Below are positions 18,827 through 28,733 of a DNA stretch of 64,000 bases, one piece after another. A program made the position numbers and the translations under genes. The first letter of the stretch is position 1. Each line of letters begins with the position of its first letter. The DNA is from Candidatus Omnitrophota bacterium (GTDB lineage: Bacteria; Omnitrophota; Gorgyraeia; 2-01-FULL-45-10), in assembly GCA_030695905.1 (NCBI GenBank), contig JAUYOL010000036.1:118814-182813 (forward strand), given 5' to 3'. The notes under the pieces were generated by a model, which did no database searches, was not told the DNA's origin, and saw only the letters and a list, made by a program, of their open reading frames with translations.

Positions 18827-19569
18827 ATCTTCATCCTTTTACCAAAAAAGGCATCGATAGCCATAATATCTCCGTGCGGACAATTCATCATCGGGTATTT
18901 CATTATTTGCGGACCAAAAACAGCTCTATTTTCCATAAACAGCTTACGTATATAGGCGGCAGGGCTTCCTAAAATCTGCCCACACGCCATATCCAACTTC
19001 CCTACCCCGTATTTAATCAAATCTATGGCCGCGTCTGCATCGCCTACTGTAAAGACACCGCGCCTTTTATAACAAAAATAACAGGCCTCTATAATACAAT
19101 AAATAATATCAAATTCGAGGGGCAGTTTGTCGTTGAAATTCTCCCAATCCATGACCCATGCAACACCATCGTCCATAAAGAGTATGTTATCAATTGAATA
19201 ATCGCCGTGGCTGAAATTGGTATCATCTATCCTGAATATGTCCATGTAATGGCTCAGGGCATTGCGTATCTTTCTATAATTCTTCGTAATAGGCAGCCCA
19301 AGGTCCCCAGGGATGCCGTCTTTGTACGACAATCTCAGCTGAAAGAATGTATCTTTATAAGCCCTGAATGACAATACAGGATTGCAGGCCAGATTCAATC
19401 TTTGGCCGTACCAGGTTAGGCCGTCATGCTCTCTCTTGATAGACCTGGCCCCGTCAGCATTAAAAGCGGTCTTGACTATGCCGACCGGAACCGCGCGCTC
19501 ATCCAGGTCCACCGCCACTTGAACAGAACTATCATGGGAACAATTGCGTATTAATTCCATTGAGTTCAT
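18823..19569 (-). CDS. APH/choline-kinase-like phosphotransferase
   Basis: VKTA...REHDGL (Lys/Glu pair), Brenner motif SHGDYSIDNIL, metal-binding VMDWE. Confidence 0.72.
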   Translation of the reverse strand: MNSMELIRNCSHDSSVQVAVDLDERAVPVGIVKTAFNADGARSIKREHDGLTWYGQRLNLACNPVLSFRAYKDTFFQLRLSYKDGIPGDLGLPITKNYRKIRNALSHYMDIFRIDDTNFSHGDYSIDNILFMDDGVAWVMDWENFNDKLPLEFDIIYCIIEACYFCYKRRGVFTVGDADAAIDLIKYGVGKLDMACGQILGSPAAYIRKLFMENRAVFGPQIMKYPMMNCPHGDIMAIDAFFGKRMKI

Positions 19570-20582
19570 TTCCTGGCCAGCACAACAAAGCTTTGGGAGA
19601 AAAATCCTAGCCTTAGCCTTCTAAAGACGATATCCTCTATTGCATAGCATACTGCTTTTGCAATAATATTCCTCCCCTTCTTATACATGCATGGCCTATA
19701 ATACCTCATCCCGTTATCCGTCAATATATATTCCGGAAACCTATAATCCGGAAAAGCGTAAAAGATTCTTACGTCTTTAAACCCCGCACTGATAAGCATC
19801 TTCCTTAAAGACTTCCTGGAATATGTCCAGTTTACATACGGCCTGCCCAGGACGGCTTTCGAGACAAGATCCTGAACAATCCTGGGCAAAAAAGTGATAA
19901 ATCTTATATTGCAATGAGGGTCAGGCAGCCCAAGAAAATTAAATATATCAAACCGATTTTCTATGGCAAGATAGAGCTGGCCACCGTTCTTGAGGCCATC
20001 ATAAATGGTCTTAAGAAATCCCGTCTGAATATGACATGGCCTGGCGGTGCGTTCGTATTTCTTAGCTAGTCTTTTTCCATAATACTTCTTTAACTCCACC
20101 GTACCTTCTTCGGGGATCCATTCGAGCACCCCATTGACCAAAAATTTATCAACGGAACAGTTTTTATACTTGAGCTTTCTCAGATCCGCACATACTAAGT
20201 CTGCTTTTGTCAGGCCTTCCTCTGTCAGGCGCCGCTTCAATAATAGAAGAGATTCCCGGGTCTGGTCAACGGCTATAACATTGCATCCCGCTCTTGCAAG
20301 CGGCACTGTCAATGCTCCCCACATGCAGCCTGCGTCCACAACAATATCCCCAGGTCTCGGATCCAATAACAGCAGCCCTCCGGCCCGCTTATCAGAAAAT
20401 ATTACGTCGAAATATTGCGGGAAGTGACACTGAACCGTTTTCCTCGAACCAAGACCTGAAAGGTCTGATACGTACCTGTCATTTTCGTTCTTATCCAGAT
20501 TGGACCAGTACCCTCCGCTGGGCCCGAACCATATACCTTCCCGGTTTTCCAGCTGTCCTGACACAACACTATCTATGCTCAT
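19566..20582 (-). CDS. Class I SAM-dependent methyltransferase
   Basis: VVDAGCMWG motif I, IAVD, NGVLEWI, LKNGGQLYLAIENR, AFPDYRFP. Confidence 0.85.
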   Translation of the reverse strand: MSIDSVVSGQLENREGIWFGPSGGYWSNLDKNENDRYVSDLSGLGSRKTVQCHFPQYFDVIFSDKRAGGLLLLDPRPGDIVVDAGCMWGALTVPLARAGCNVIAVDQTRESLLLLKRRLTEEGLTKADLVCADLRKLKYKNCSVDKFLVNGVLEWIPEEGTVELKKYYGKRLAKKYERTARPCHIQTGFLKTIYDGLKNGGQLYLAIENRFDIFNFLGLPDPHCNIRFITFLPRIVQDLVSKAVLGRPYVNWTYSRKSLRKMLISAGFKDVRIFYAFPDYRFPEYILTDNGMRYYRPCMYKKGRNIIAKAVCYAIEDIVFRRLRLGFFSQSFVVLARK

Positions 20583-22329
20583 TTAAAGCCTCGATCCATT
20601 CATCACGCCAATTATTACTGGCGGCAGCAAATCTTTCACAGAAAACATTTCTCGCTCTTTGCACCTTAATGTCGCTCCACCATTTCATGGGATTGTCATA
20701 AATATCGTTTACTTTTTTCGCCGCATCCTCAGGGCTCTTATATAAAATACCGACATCTCTTAAAAGTTCAAAATATGTCTCGGCCTCCGGCCTAATAATA
20801 TAATTGTCATGATCCCAAAACCAGACAGTTGGAGCGTTTATTGCCATTACCTCGAGATTTGATGTACTCAGATGATCTATGACCACGATCTTTGCTTTCT
20901 TGATCAGGTTCACTGCCCTGCCTTGATCGGAAAAAATCTTTATCCCCGGGATCATCTTCTTTACCGTTTCTATCTCACCCCATCCTATCTCCTGATAAGG
21001 CCTGTACAACAATCTATCCCGCAAGGGCTCATCCAAACCGTCGACGAATCTTTTCTTGTCTAAAAAATATTGTGGCATATCATCCTGAGCAAATGCGGCC
21101 TGGAATCTACATAGATATTTATGTATACCTGATCCAATGAATAATAACAATCCATCATTGTTTTTTTGATAAGAATCCTTTAGCACGGACAGGTGCGGGC
21201 TGCTTAATGGAACTGTTTTGTCATTGTTTTCGTAGCGCCATCCCCAGGTATAAAATATATCCTTTTCCATCGAAATCGTCTCGGCAAGCGATAAAAACAT
21301 ACCATAACCGCCTCCATGCTGAAAATCGAGCAGCACGGTATCTGTTAAGGTTGAGTTTGCGGCAAAGAATTTAAATTTTTCGTTAAACAGCCAGCCTGTT
21401 ACCGATCCTACGGCTTTTACATTTTTTGTCGTTACCTTACTGTTGTATTTATTAAAGTACTCTACATAGCACATTGGGATTGCATCCGGGATTAGTTCCT
21501 TAAGAAAATTTTGGAATTTATCGGCTGTCTTCCCCATCTTCAGGCCTTGCCTTCTGGCCCGGGAATAGCAATTCTTATTCATGGGCCCCTGGGAATCAAA
21601 GTTTTTGAAAACGACTGAATTAAACCGGCATTCCGATTCTAACATTAATATCTGCCGCCAATCAACATGGTACATATCGCTCAAAATTATTTCTTTTTGG
21701 GAAAAAATATTACTTAAATATTTCAAACCATAGAACATCTTTTTGGCAAAACCGCTGCTATAAATATTTTTATTCCCCGCCGTCTGGGGCACTATCGTCT
21801 TCTCTGCGACCCTGCCAGGGAAAAAATAACGCGCTATGAGGCTGAATAGTTTCAGATTATAGTAATCATCGGAGGCTTTTCCTCTTATAGATACAAAATC
21901 ATAGGTATCCACAGTTAATAATTCGCACAGAGATTCAGGCAGGATATAAGTATAAGCATTCTGATGGACAGTAAACGCATTTTCTATTCTTCTGTATCTT
22001 TCATATAATATCTCTATGAAATGCGATAACCACGGCCCGACAAGTATCCTCCAGTATCTTTGAGGGTAAGAAACGCCGTGAAGAAGATTCAATTGCTCGC
22101 TCAATTCTCTTAGTATCTCCTCATATATCTCACGGCACAGGCCGGCTGCGGTTTCTATTTTAAAAGCAGGCTTCCAGGGAGAGACAACTATAGAACAAGG
22201 CCTGCCCTCGATTAGCTTTCTATTTTTTTCATCCGCCAAGCACCACGGACCGAGAAACAGCACCTCACTGTCGATATCCCAAGCGTCAGAAATGCCCGTC
22301 GTAGCTAAAAATTGCCTGCCTAAGCCCAT
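20569..22329 (-). CDS. Putative transferase, LIC12162 family (surface-carbohydrate loci)
   Basis: N-terminal FLATT...W...VLFLGPWC, LNLLHG..YPQRYWRILVGPWL, QHGGGYG, FYTWGW, STSNLE..AINAPT; family recognised from memory. Confidence 0.72.
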   Translation of the reverse strand: MGLGRQFLATTGISDAWDIDSEVLFLGPWCLADEKNRKLIEGRPCSIVVSPWKPAFKIETAAGLCREIYEEILRELSEQLNLLHGVSYPQRYWRILVGPWLSHFIEILYERYRRIENAFTVHQNAYTYILPESLCELLTVDTYDFVSIRGKASDDYYNLKLFSLIARYFFPGRVAEKTIVPQTAGNKNIYSSGFAKKMFYGLKYLSNIFSQKEIILSDMYHVDWRQILMLESECRFNSVVFKNFDSQGPMNKNCYSRARRQGLKMGKTADKFQNFLKELIPDAIPMCYVEYFNKYNSKVTTKNVKAVGSVTGWLFNEKFKFFAANSTLTDTVLLDFQHGGGYGMFLSLAETISMEKDIFYTWGWRYENNDKTVPLSSPHLSVLKDSYQKNNDGLLLFIGSGIHKYLCRFQAAFAQDDMPQYFLDKKRFVDGLDEPLRDRLLYRPYQEIGWGEIETVKKMIPGIKIFSDQGRAVNLIKKAKIVVIDHLSTSNLEVMAINAPTVWFWDHDNYIIRPEAETYFELLRDVGILYKSPEDAAKKVNDIYDNPMKWWSDIKVQRARNVFCERFAAASNNWRDEWIEALNEHR

Positions 22330-23852
22330 TTTACATTCCTCTGAAATTTCATATCAAAACCGATGGCTTTTTTCACCTCTTCCTTTTCGGCGGGTTTCAG
22401 TAATTTAAAGTAATAAAAGCCCAACGAAACGCCGTATATTACGGCCATCTCAAAAATAGTAGCAATAAAATTAGATGGGTATAAATAAAATAAAACAACC
22501 GTAGAAAAAATGGCGACTAATAAATATAGCAGCAGGTTTACCTTTACGCTCTTATCGAAATATTCCTTAAAAGTAACTTTCAGCATCTTTAGCGACAGGG
22601 CCAATTCCAGCGGAAACGCGACGAAGATCATGGAAAAAGCCAGGCCTGCGGCCAGGGCGACAATACCTAAGCTTTTAACAAAAATAAGACTTACCAAGAG
22701 ATTTGAGATCCCGGCAGCTAATATTATAAAGAAGGTTCTTCGCACTATGCCCTTTGCCGATAATAGCCCTACCGCCAATTCTGAAGTGCCGCTAAAGAGC
22801 CAGAGGGACATTATTATTCTTGCGGGCAGTATGCTTTCCCGGAAACTTTCCCCCATCCAATGAATTATAAAAGGTTTGGCGAAAAAGATGGCGATTAACA
22901 CTGCAGGAAGAAGCACGGCCGACATCAATTTCGTCCCTTTAAATAAAAGCTGCTTCTGTCGGGCATAATCATGAGCCCCTTCCATCTCAGACGCAGCTAT
23001 CCATGCAGGTCCTCCCAGCGTTGAATTAATAACGCGAAAATAATTCTGCAGGTTAAAAGCCACGGCGTATAGAGATATCGCCGACACCGAAACAAAATAG
23101 CCTATTATGATATTATGTATCTGGTATAAAAATATGGCTGACAATGAACTTAAAAACATAAAGATACTGAAATTAAATATAAATTTAAAAGTATTAATGT
23201 TCCTGTGCGGAAAAACTATGCGAAAATTGACATGTTTGACCGTGAACCAAAAAAAGACCGCGCCGGCAGTAAAATTCAATATCTGCATGGCTATGAAAAG
23301 CTGCAGGATACCGAAGCCCTTGATTAATATAAAAAAGGTTACTATCGCAAGTAATATCTGATTGATTATGCTAATTGCGGCATCAAGGTTCCACATGTTC
23401 AGCCCCTGTATTGCCCTGCGGAATATACCCATAGGCCATACCACCAATGATGATAATGCCGCCGCGATTAAGAGGTCTCTCATAACCCGAATATTTGCAG
23501 GGTCGATCTTAAAAAAATAAATGAAATATTTTGAGCTTAAAAATAACATTAACGAAATCAAAACGCCTATAATGACATAGAACGTGAAGGATGCGTTGAT
23601 TATATGGCCTATCCCTTTAAAGTCTTTTTTACCATGATATTCAGATACATATTTCGTGAGTGCGGACATCATTCCAAAATCCAATAATCCAAAATAATCG
23701 GTAACTGTCAAAACGATAAGGTAAACACCGTATATCTCTTTGCCAACATGCGCTACTATAAAAGGAAAAAGCATGAACGATATGAGCATATATACGCACC
23801 TGCTCAGCGCTATATAACTTATATTCTTTCCTATCGTTCTGGCTTTTGACAT
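22320..23852 (-). CDS. wzx: Oligosaccharide flippase (Wzx, MOP superfamily)
   Basis: About 14 hydrophobic segments; PFIV..VGKEIYG, LLDFGM..ALTKYVSEY, YAVAF. Confidence 0.85.
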   Translation of the reverse strand: MSKARTIGKNISYIALSRCVYMLISFMLFPFIVAHVGKEIYGVYLIVLTVTDYFGLLDFGMMSALTKYVSEYHGKKDFKGIGHIINASFTFYVIIGVLISLMLFLSSKYFIYFFKIDPANIRVMRDLLIAAALSSLVVWPMGIFRRAIQGLNMWNLDAAISIINQILLAIVTFFILIKGFGILQLFIAMQILNFTAGAVFFWFTVKHVNFRIVFPHRNINTFKFIFNFSIFMFLSSLSAIFLYQIHNIIIGYFVSVSAISLYAVAFNLQNYFRVINSTLGGPAWIAASEMEGAHDYARQKQLLFKGTKLMSAVLLPAVLIAIFFAKPFIIHWMGESFRESILPARIIMSLWLFSGTSELAVGLLSAKGIVRRTFFIILAAGISNLLVSLIFVKSLGIVALAAGLAFSMIFVAFPLELALSLKMLKVTFKEYFDKSVKVNLLLYLLVAIFSTVVLFYLYPSNFIATIFEMAVIYGVSLGFYYFKLLKPAEKEEVKKAIGFDMKFQRNVKWA

Positions 23853-23870
23853 ATATCTTCTACTGATCCG

Positions 23871-24629
23871 TCACCATGCGTGCAAACCGCCGTCAACATA
23901 TAATAAATGTCCGGTAATATATGAGGCGGATTCGGACGCCAGAAACAAAACAGGGCCTACGATATCTTTTTTATCGGCCATTCTTCTCAATGGTACTCTT
24001 GTACTGTATTGTTCTTGAAATAACCTGCTGTGCTTATCCAAAACCCCTCCCGGACAGATGGCATTTACTCTAATATTAAATGGAGCGGCATAACAAGCCA
24101 GATACTTGGTAAAGGTATTTATCCCGCCCTTTATTAATGGATATGACGGGAGGCTTGCGATTTCTGTATTTTTGTATATCCTGAAGTCCGGCGACAAGTC
24201 TCCGTATGTGGAACTGAAATTTATAATCACCCCGTGTTTAGCTTTTTTCATATTTATCAATATCTCTTTGCAACATCTGTAAAATCCTAACAGATGATCC
24301 ATGGTATCCCTTCCTACGATATCCGGATCCACATCTTCGATTCTGCCCTTAGAATTGTCCTGCCTGGGCCAGGCGCAGTTTATCCAAACGTCTATCTTCT
24401 TATCATGAACTATTACATCGGATATAAATCTCCGAATAGACTGAGAGGATGTTATGTCGATCTTTATATAATTTATATTACTTTTATTCCGAAAATTCTC
24501 GGGAACACGGGTACCGACAAAAACTTTAGCGCCGTAGCCGTCAAACGCATTTGCAAGCTCCGTACCGATCAGCCCGGTCCCGCCTATTACGCAAACTACC
24601 TTATCCTTCATATTGAGGAAATCTTTCAT
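23871..24629 (-). CDS. Short-chain dehydrogenase/reductase (PtmA-like)
   Basis: IGGTGLIG, INCA, SSTYG, YPLIKGG (YxxxK), IRVNAICPGG, YITGHLLYVDGG. Confidence 0.88.
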   Translation of the reverse strand: MKDFLNMKDKVVCVIGGTGLIGTELANAFDGYGAKVFVGTRVPENFRNKSNINYIKIDITSSQSIRRFISDVIVHDKKIDVWINCAWPRQDNSKGRIEDVDPDIVGRDTMDHLLGFYRCCKEILINMKKAKHGVIINFSSTYGDLSPDFRIYKNTEIASLPSYPLIKGGINTFTKYLACYAAPFNIRVNAICPGGVLDKHSRLFQEQYSTRVPLRRMADKKDIVGPVLFLASESASYITGHLLYVDGGLHAW

Positions 24630-25719
24630 TATTTATCTCCTTTTTGAGCCTTTTACAAATCAGTTTTTGGTCGCATCTCGTATAGCATTTATGATCTTTG
24701 GGAAAATCACCGTTTATGTGCCATCTTCTAAAATTTTTATAATCCACACTGTTCCATATCTCTTTTAGGGTCTGACTGTTGGCATTGCCTAAAACCATCT
24801 CGCAATTATAATCCTGCGTGCATGGGACTACAGAGCCGTCAACCATTACAGTCATCGATGTCCACGGAAACTCGCAATACTGTGTTTCGTAATGAGACCT
24901 TGGTTTTCCCGCGTCATCATCCTTATAATACCATTGATTGTCCTGGCTCTTTATATAAGCATAGACATCCCTATCCTTCCAGAGGCCCATAAAGTCATCG
25001 TGCATCTTAACGGAATTTTTTGACCGAGAAAGGTCGAGCATCGTTATAACTATCTTGGTTTTAAGCGATGGGTTCTTTGATTTTGCATTTATAAGCTCGC
25101 GTATCAATTTATACGAACGCGTAAAATCGTTGCTCTTTCCCCTGATCTTCTTGGCGCTTTCGTCGTCGATCGCATCCATGGCGAATTTTATGACTCCGAC
25201 TCCGGCTTCCATCATTTTTATAAATTTATCCACATCTATATTTGCTGGCACGCAGGAGAAATAGGTCGGGATATTATATTTTGAACATAAAGCAATTCTT
25301 TCTACAAGATAAGGGTCCAGCGGCGGCTCACCATAACCGTGCAAGATCAGCGACTTTGATACCGTATAAAAATAAAACGCGTTTTCACTTTTATCCGATG
25401 GATGAATACGATATTCATCTGCGATAAATTTCCAGAAGCTATCCATCGCCTCTTTTTTGTGAGGCATTATCTGTTTTATGACTTTTTCAAAAAGCCCCAT
25501 CTTCATAACCTGCGCGGGACGCCTCATCAGGCTTGTACGCGGGCACATCTTGCATTTCATATTGCAAGCATTGGTCGTTTCGATATTAAAAACACACGGA
25601 TATTCATCTGTATGCTTCCTAAGGATTGCCGACACTTCGGCCTGGCGGATATGGGATTTCATATCGACGATCTTCTTTTTTATTTCCGAAGTGGTTCTAA
25701 AAAAGGATATATCGAACAT
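24601..25719 (-). CDS. Radical SAM protein with SPASM/Twitch domain
   Basis: ETTNACNMKCKMCPR, HGYGEP, C-terminal CEFPW...DGSVVPCTQD...GN...IWNS...CYTRC. Confidence 0.9.
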   Translation of the reverse strand: MFDISFFRTTSEIKKKIVDMKSHIRQAEVSAILRKHTDEYPCVFNIETTNACNMKCKMCPRTSLMRRPAQVMKMGLFEKVIKQIMPHKKEAMDSFWKFIADEYRIHPSDKSENAFYFYTVSKSLILHGYGEPPLDPYLVERIALCSKYNIPTYFSCVPANIDVDKFIKMMEAGVGVIKFAMDAIDDESAKKIRGKSNDFTRSYKLIRELINAKSKNPSLKTKIVITMLDLSRSKNSVKMHDDFMGLWKDRDVYAYIKSQDNQWYYKDDDAGKPRSHYETQYCEFPWTSMTVMVDGSVVPCTQDYNCEMVLGNANSQTLKEIWNSVDYKNFRRWHINGDFPKDHKCYTRCDQKLICKRLKKEINNERFPQYEG

Positions 25720-25723
25720 GTGT

Positions 25724-26845
25724 TTATTTTATCCCCTTTCCGACTTCAAATTTCTCGTGCCAGAGCCCCCATTGATCCTGACGAAAAAGTTTCGGATTGT
25801 ACCATTTATCAAGTATTCTCCAGAATTCAACAGGCTTCATGCCCGTAAAATTCAAGAATGCGTCTACAATACCCTGATCAAGGATCTTGTCGTGTTTTTT
25901 TACATAAGGTATCATTTCCTTGCGTGTCGCGATTCCTGCGCGGATCCAGCGCGATGCCATTTCGGTGGCCGAAGCGTGGCCGAACTTTGGGTATTTCAGA
26001 TACTGGTTCAGCAGATATCCTATCGAGTCGATCTGGTTATATTGCTCTACCGTCCCTTCTCTTATATACTCATGAGCAAGATGCCGGAAGCCCCACCGTT
26101 TCGCGAGTTCATAATTTCGATGGCTGTCCCATGGTACAAAATAGCTCAAATATATCGGGTCGAGCCCATACCCTTCACATTCCTCAAGCGTCGGCTGTTT
26201 GGCTGATTCCAGGTCTCTTTCGGTCAGATCCCCGTCCTTCAGCCATTGGTTCCATGCCGGTTTCACTACATCATTTTTCGACTGCAATTTTGCCGATGGG
26301 GTTTCTTCGTTGTATTTTCCTCCGTATGTATAATTCACATTTTCGCCGTAAATCAACAGGTGCAGCCCTAATTTCATCGCCATTCTGTAAGGGTAGGCAT
26401 AAATCAACGCATCTCCATACCATGTAGGCGACCCGATTTCAATCAATGCCTTCTTCGCCAATATGCGTGTCACATTATGATTCGGTATTATCGAAATAAT
26501 GTCACAATTGAATGTATCGGATAAATTTGCGAGATTTTTTCTTCCGGTCTCGGTCCAGTCTATATTGCCTACCGCGAGAAGAACGGGATTCATCCGCATG
26601 ACTTCTTTCATATACCATACCTGAAAGTGAGAATCCTTCCCTCCCGATACCGCAATCGCGCAATCATAACTATTCCCGTATTTTCCTCTGTACTTACTGC
26701 ATACCTTTTCAAATTTTTTTTTGCGCTTATTCCAGTCGGTTTTTCTTTGTTTGCCATAATTATGGCACGGCGAGCAAACACCGTCCTTTTGAAAGGTTAT
26801 CCCCGGCCTCGTGTCTGGCATCAAACATCTTTTGCAGTATTTCAT
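25724..26845 (-). CDS. N-acetyl sugar amidotransferase (WbuX/PseA/WbpG family)
   Basis: MKYCKRCLMPDTRPGITF..GVCSPC, PP-loop YDCAIAVSGGKDS, YGEN, YLKYPKFG. Confidence 0.88.
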   Translation of the reverse strand: MKYCKRCLMPDTRPGITFQKDGVCSPCHNYGKQRKTDWNKRKKKFEKVCSKYRGKYGNSYDCAIAVSGGKDSHFQVWYMKEVMRMNPVLLAVGNIDWTETGRKNLANLSDTFNCDIISIIPNHNVTRILAKKALIEIGSPTWYGDALIYAYPYRMAMKLGLHLLIYGENVNYTYGGKYNEETPSAKLQSKNDVVKPAWNQWLKDGDLTERDLESAKQPTLEECEGYGLDPIYLSYFVPWDSHRNYELAKRWGFRHLAHEYIREGTVEQYNQIDSIGYLLNQYLKYPKFGHASATEMASRWIRAGIATRKEMIPYVKKHDKILDQGIVDAFLNFTGMKPVEFWRILDKWYNPKLFRQDQWGLWHEKFEVGKGIK

Positions 26846-26850
26846 CGAAA

Positions 26851-27549
26851 TTATCTCCTTTTCTTATTTTTTAAAACTAACTCTGCGACGTGAAAATCCC
26901 ATGCCGTATCGATATCAAGCGACCTTTCCTGCGGCATAATGTAAGGTACCGCACCCTTGGGCACAAAAGTACGTTGCTTCAGAAGTGATGAGCAGGTATT
27001 CAGATAGATCGCACCATTTTGTTCGTACAATTCCGGCAACGCCTGCCTGTACATGTATCCGTCATTCGGAGGAATAAAATATTCCAATGAACGTTTTTTA
27101 TTTATGCTGTGTGTTTTATAAGGATATTTTATAATTTCACAGACACTGACAACAGCGAGTGTATTACGATTTTTGGCCAATTTAATGACATTTTCCATAT
27201 CTTCGGTTGTCCTGAAAGGAGATGTCGGCTGAAGCAGCATTATATAGTCCGGGTAACATGCCTCATGTTTTTTCAGCCAATCGATCGCGTGGAGCACGAC
27301 TGAGATATGTGGGGATTCATTTTTTGAAAGTTCTCCGGGGCGCCTGAACGGCACTTCGGCGCCGTGTCGCTTCGAAACCTTTGCGATTTTCTCGTCGTTA
27401 GTAGATACAATTACACGGCTTAAGCCCTTGCATTTCAACGCCGCCTCTATCGTCCATGCAATCAGCGGCTTGCCCGCAAGGATTTTTATGTTCTTCCCCG
27501 GTATGGATTTTGAACCGCCACGTGCCGTAATAAGCCCGATAATCTTCAT
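26851..27549 (-). CDS. neuA: Acylneuraminate cytidylyltransferase (CMP-nonulosonate synthetase)
   Basis: ITARGGSKSIPGKN, GKPLIAWTI, LLQPTSPFR, QNGAIY, SLDIDT. Confidence 0.93.
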   Translation of the reverse strand: MKIIGLITARGGSKSIPGKNIKILAGKPLIAWTIEAALKCKGLSRVIVSTNDEKIAKVSKRHGAEVPFRRPGELSKNESPHISVVLHAIDWLKKHEACYPDYIMLLQPTSPFRTTEDMENVIKLAKNRNTLAVVSVCEIIKYPYKTHSINKKRSLEYFIPPNDGYMYRQALPELYEQNGAIYLNTCSSLLKQRTFVPKGAVPYIMPQERSLDIDTAWDFHVAELVLKNKKRR

Positions 27550-27554
27550 AATCG

Positions 27555-28733
27555 CTATCTCCTAATATATTTTTTGCCGGACATACCTTTATTGTCCGTA
27601 TGATATTCACTGCAAAATTGCTTCTGAATTTCCGTGCACCAGATCTGGGATCCATTGAGTATAGAAATGAACCGCTTCACGCTCTTACCGTCCCCAAAAT
27701 GCGTGGTAGGGGTCTTCGGGACATCCGGTATCTTATTTATAGCGGATGTGATATCCGCTGCCGACTCGCGGACGTTAATGATAGTCTTATAAGCGAATCG
27801 CCCGCTTTGCCGGTTCCCGATATTTATAGACGGGATCCCGTAATACGGCGCCTCCCTGATACCTGAGCTCGAATTGCCGATGATGAATTCACAATTTTTA
27901 AGCAACGTAAGGAATGATTCGAAGCGTATCGAAGGAAATATCCTGAAATTTCGGTTTTTACTCATAAGCTTGAGTTCTCTTATTATAATATCTGACCCGC
28001 TGTCATTATTGGGGTATAATACTATATATTTTTTGCCGGAACTCGCCAGCGCCTTTGTGACCTGCCGGACATTATCGGATAAATCATGCAGATTCGTAGT
28101 TACCGAATGATATATGAATAGCGCGTATTCCTTAAAATCAATTTCGTAGTGCTTCTTGACCGCCGATAAAGCCGGGAGGTAGCCGGAATCCATAAGGTCC
28201 ATGTCCGGGGACCCTATCACATATATGTTTGACTTCTTCTCGCCCATCTGAAGCAGCCTTTTCTTAGCTTCTTCATTCGACACGAAATGTACATGCGCAA
28301 GCTTCGATATCGAATGCCTTATTGATTCATCTATAGTCCCAGACAGTTCGCCGCCCTCTATGTGCCCTACGATAATATTGTTCAATGCTCCGACAACAGC
28401 ACCTGCAAGCGCCTCCACGCGGTCACCATGGACAATTATAAGGTCCGGCCTCGTCGCGGATACATAATCACCGAAGCCATGGATCGTATTCCCGAGTATG
28501 GCATCCATCGAATTGCCGGTTTTCTGATTATAATAACTAAATATATTTTTAAAGCCGGCTTTTATGACTTCGTCTACAGTGCTGCCGTATTTAGGCAACA
28601 TGTGCATGCCGGTTGCGAATATATGGGTTTCGAATGCCTTTTCCTGTTCGAGCGCTTTCATCAAAGGCTTAAGTTTGCCGAAATCGGCACGCGTACCCGT
28701 TAAAAAAATGATCTTTTTACTTTTCATAGACAT
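27555..28733 (-). CDS. neuC: UDP-N-acetylglucosamine 2-epimerase (hydrolysing)
   Basis: TGTRADFGKLKPLM, TGMHM, HGDRVE, HIEGGELSGTIDESIRH, YPNNDSG, GNSSSGIREAP, GNRQ. Confidence 0.93.
   Translation of the reverse strand: MSMKSKKIIFLTGTRADFGKLKPLMKALEQEKAFETHIFATGMHMLPKYGSTVDEVIKAGFKNIFSYYNQKTGNSMDAILGNTIHGFGDYVSATRPDLIIVHGDRVEALAGAVVGALNNIIVGHIEGGELSGTIDESIRHSISKLAHVHFVSNEEAKKRLLQMGEKKSNIYVIGSPDMDLMDSGYLPALSAVKKHYEIDFKEYALFIYHSVTTNLHDLSDNVRQVTKALASSGKKYIVLYPNNDSGSDIIIRELKLMSKNRNFRIFPSIRFESFLTLLKNCEFIIGNSSSGIREAPYYGIPSINIGNRQSGRFAYKTIINVRESAADITSAINKIPDVPKTPTTHFGDGKSVKRFISILNGSQIWCTEIQKQFCSEYHTDNKGMSGKKYIRR

Noticed and set aside
22765-22776. GGCGGTAG (ops-like core) on the minus strand
   Set aside because: It lies inside wzx coding sequence (LAVG), lacks the downstream TG of the ops consensus and is not in a leader region.
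25402-26427. Long plus-strand ORFs (148, 242 and 189 aa), plus 28763-29359, 17718-18416 and the many other plus-strand ORFs
   Set aside because: All lie antisense to well-supported minus-strand genes and show no recognisable motifs; they are shadow ORFs.
26714-26722. Homopolymer runs (T9 here, T8 near 12101) as phase-variation tracts
   Set aside because: They are A-runs encoding Lys-rich stretches in intact frames; no long G/C tract or frameshifted gene was seen.
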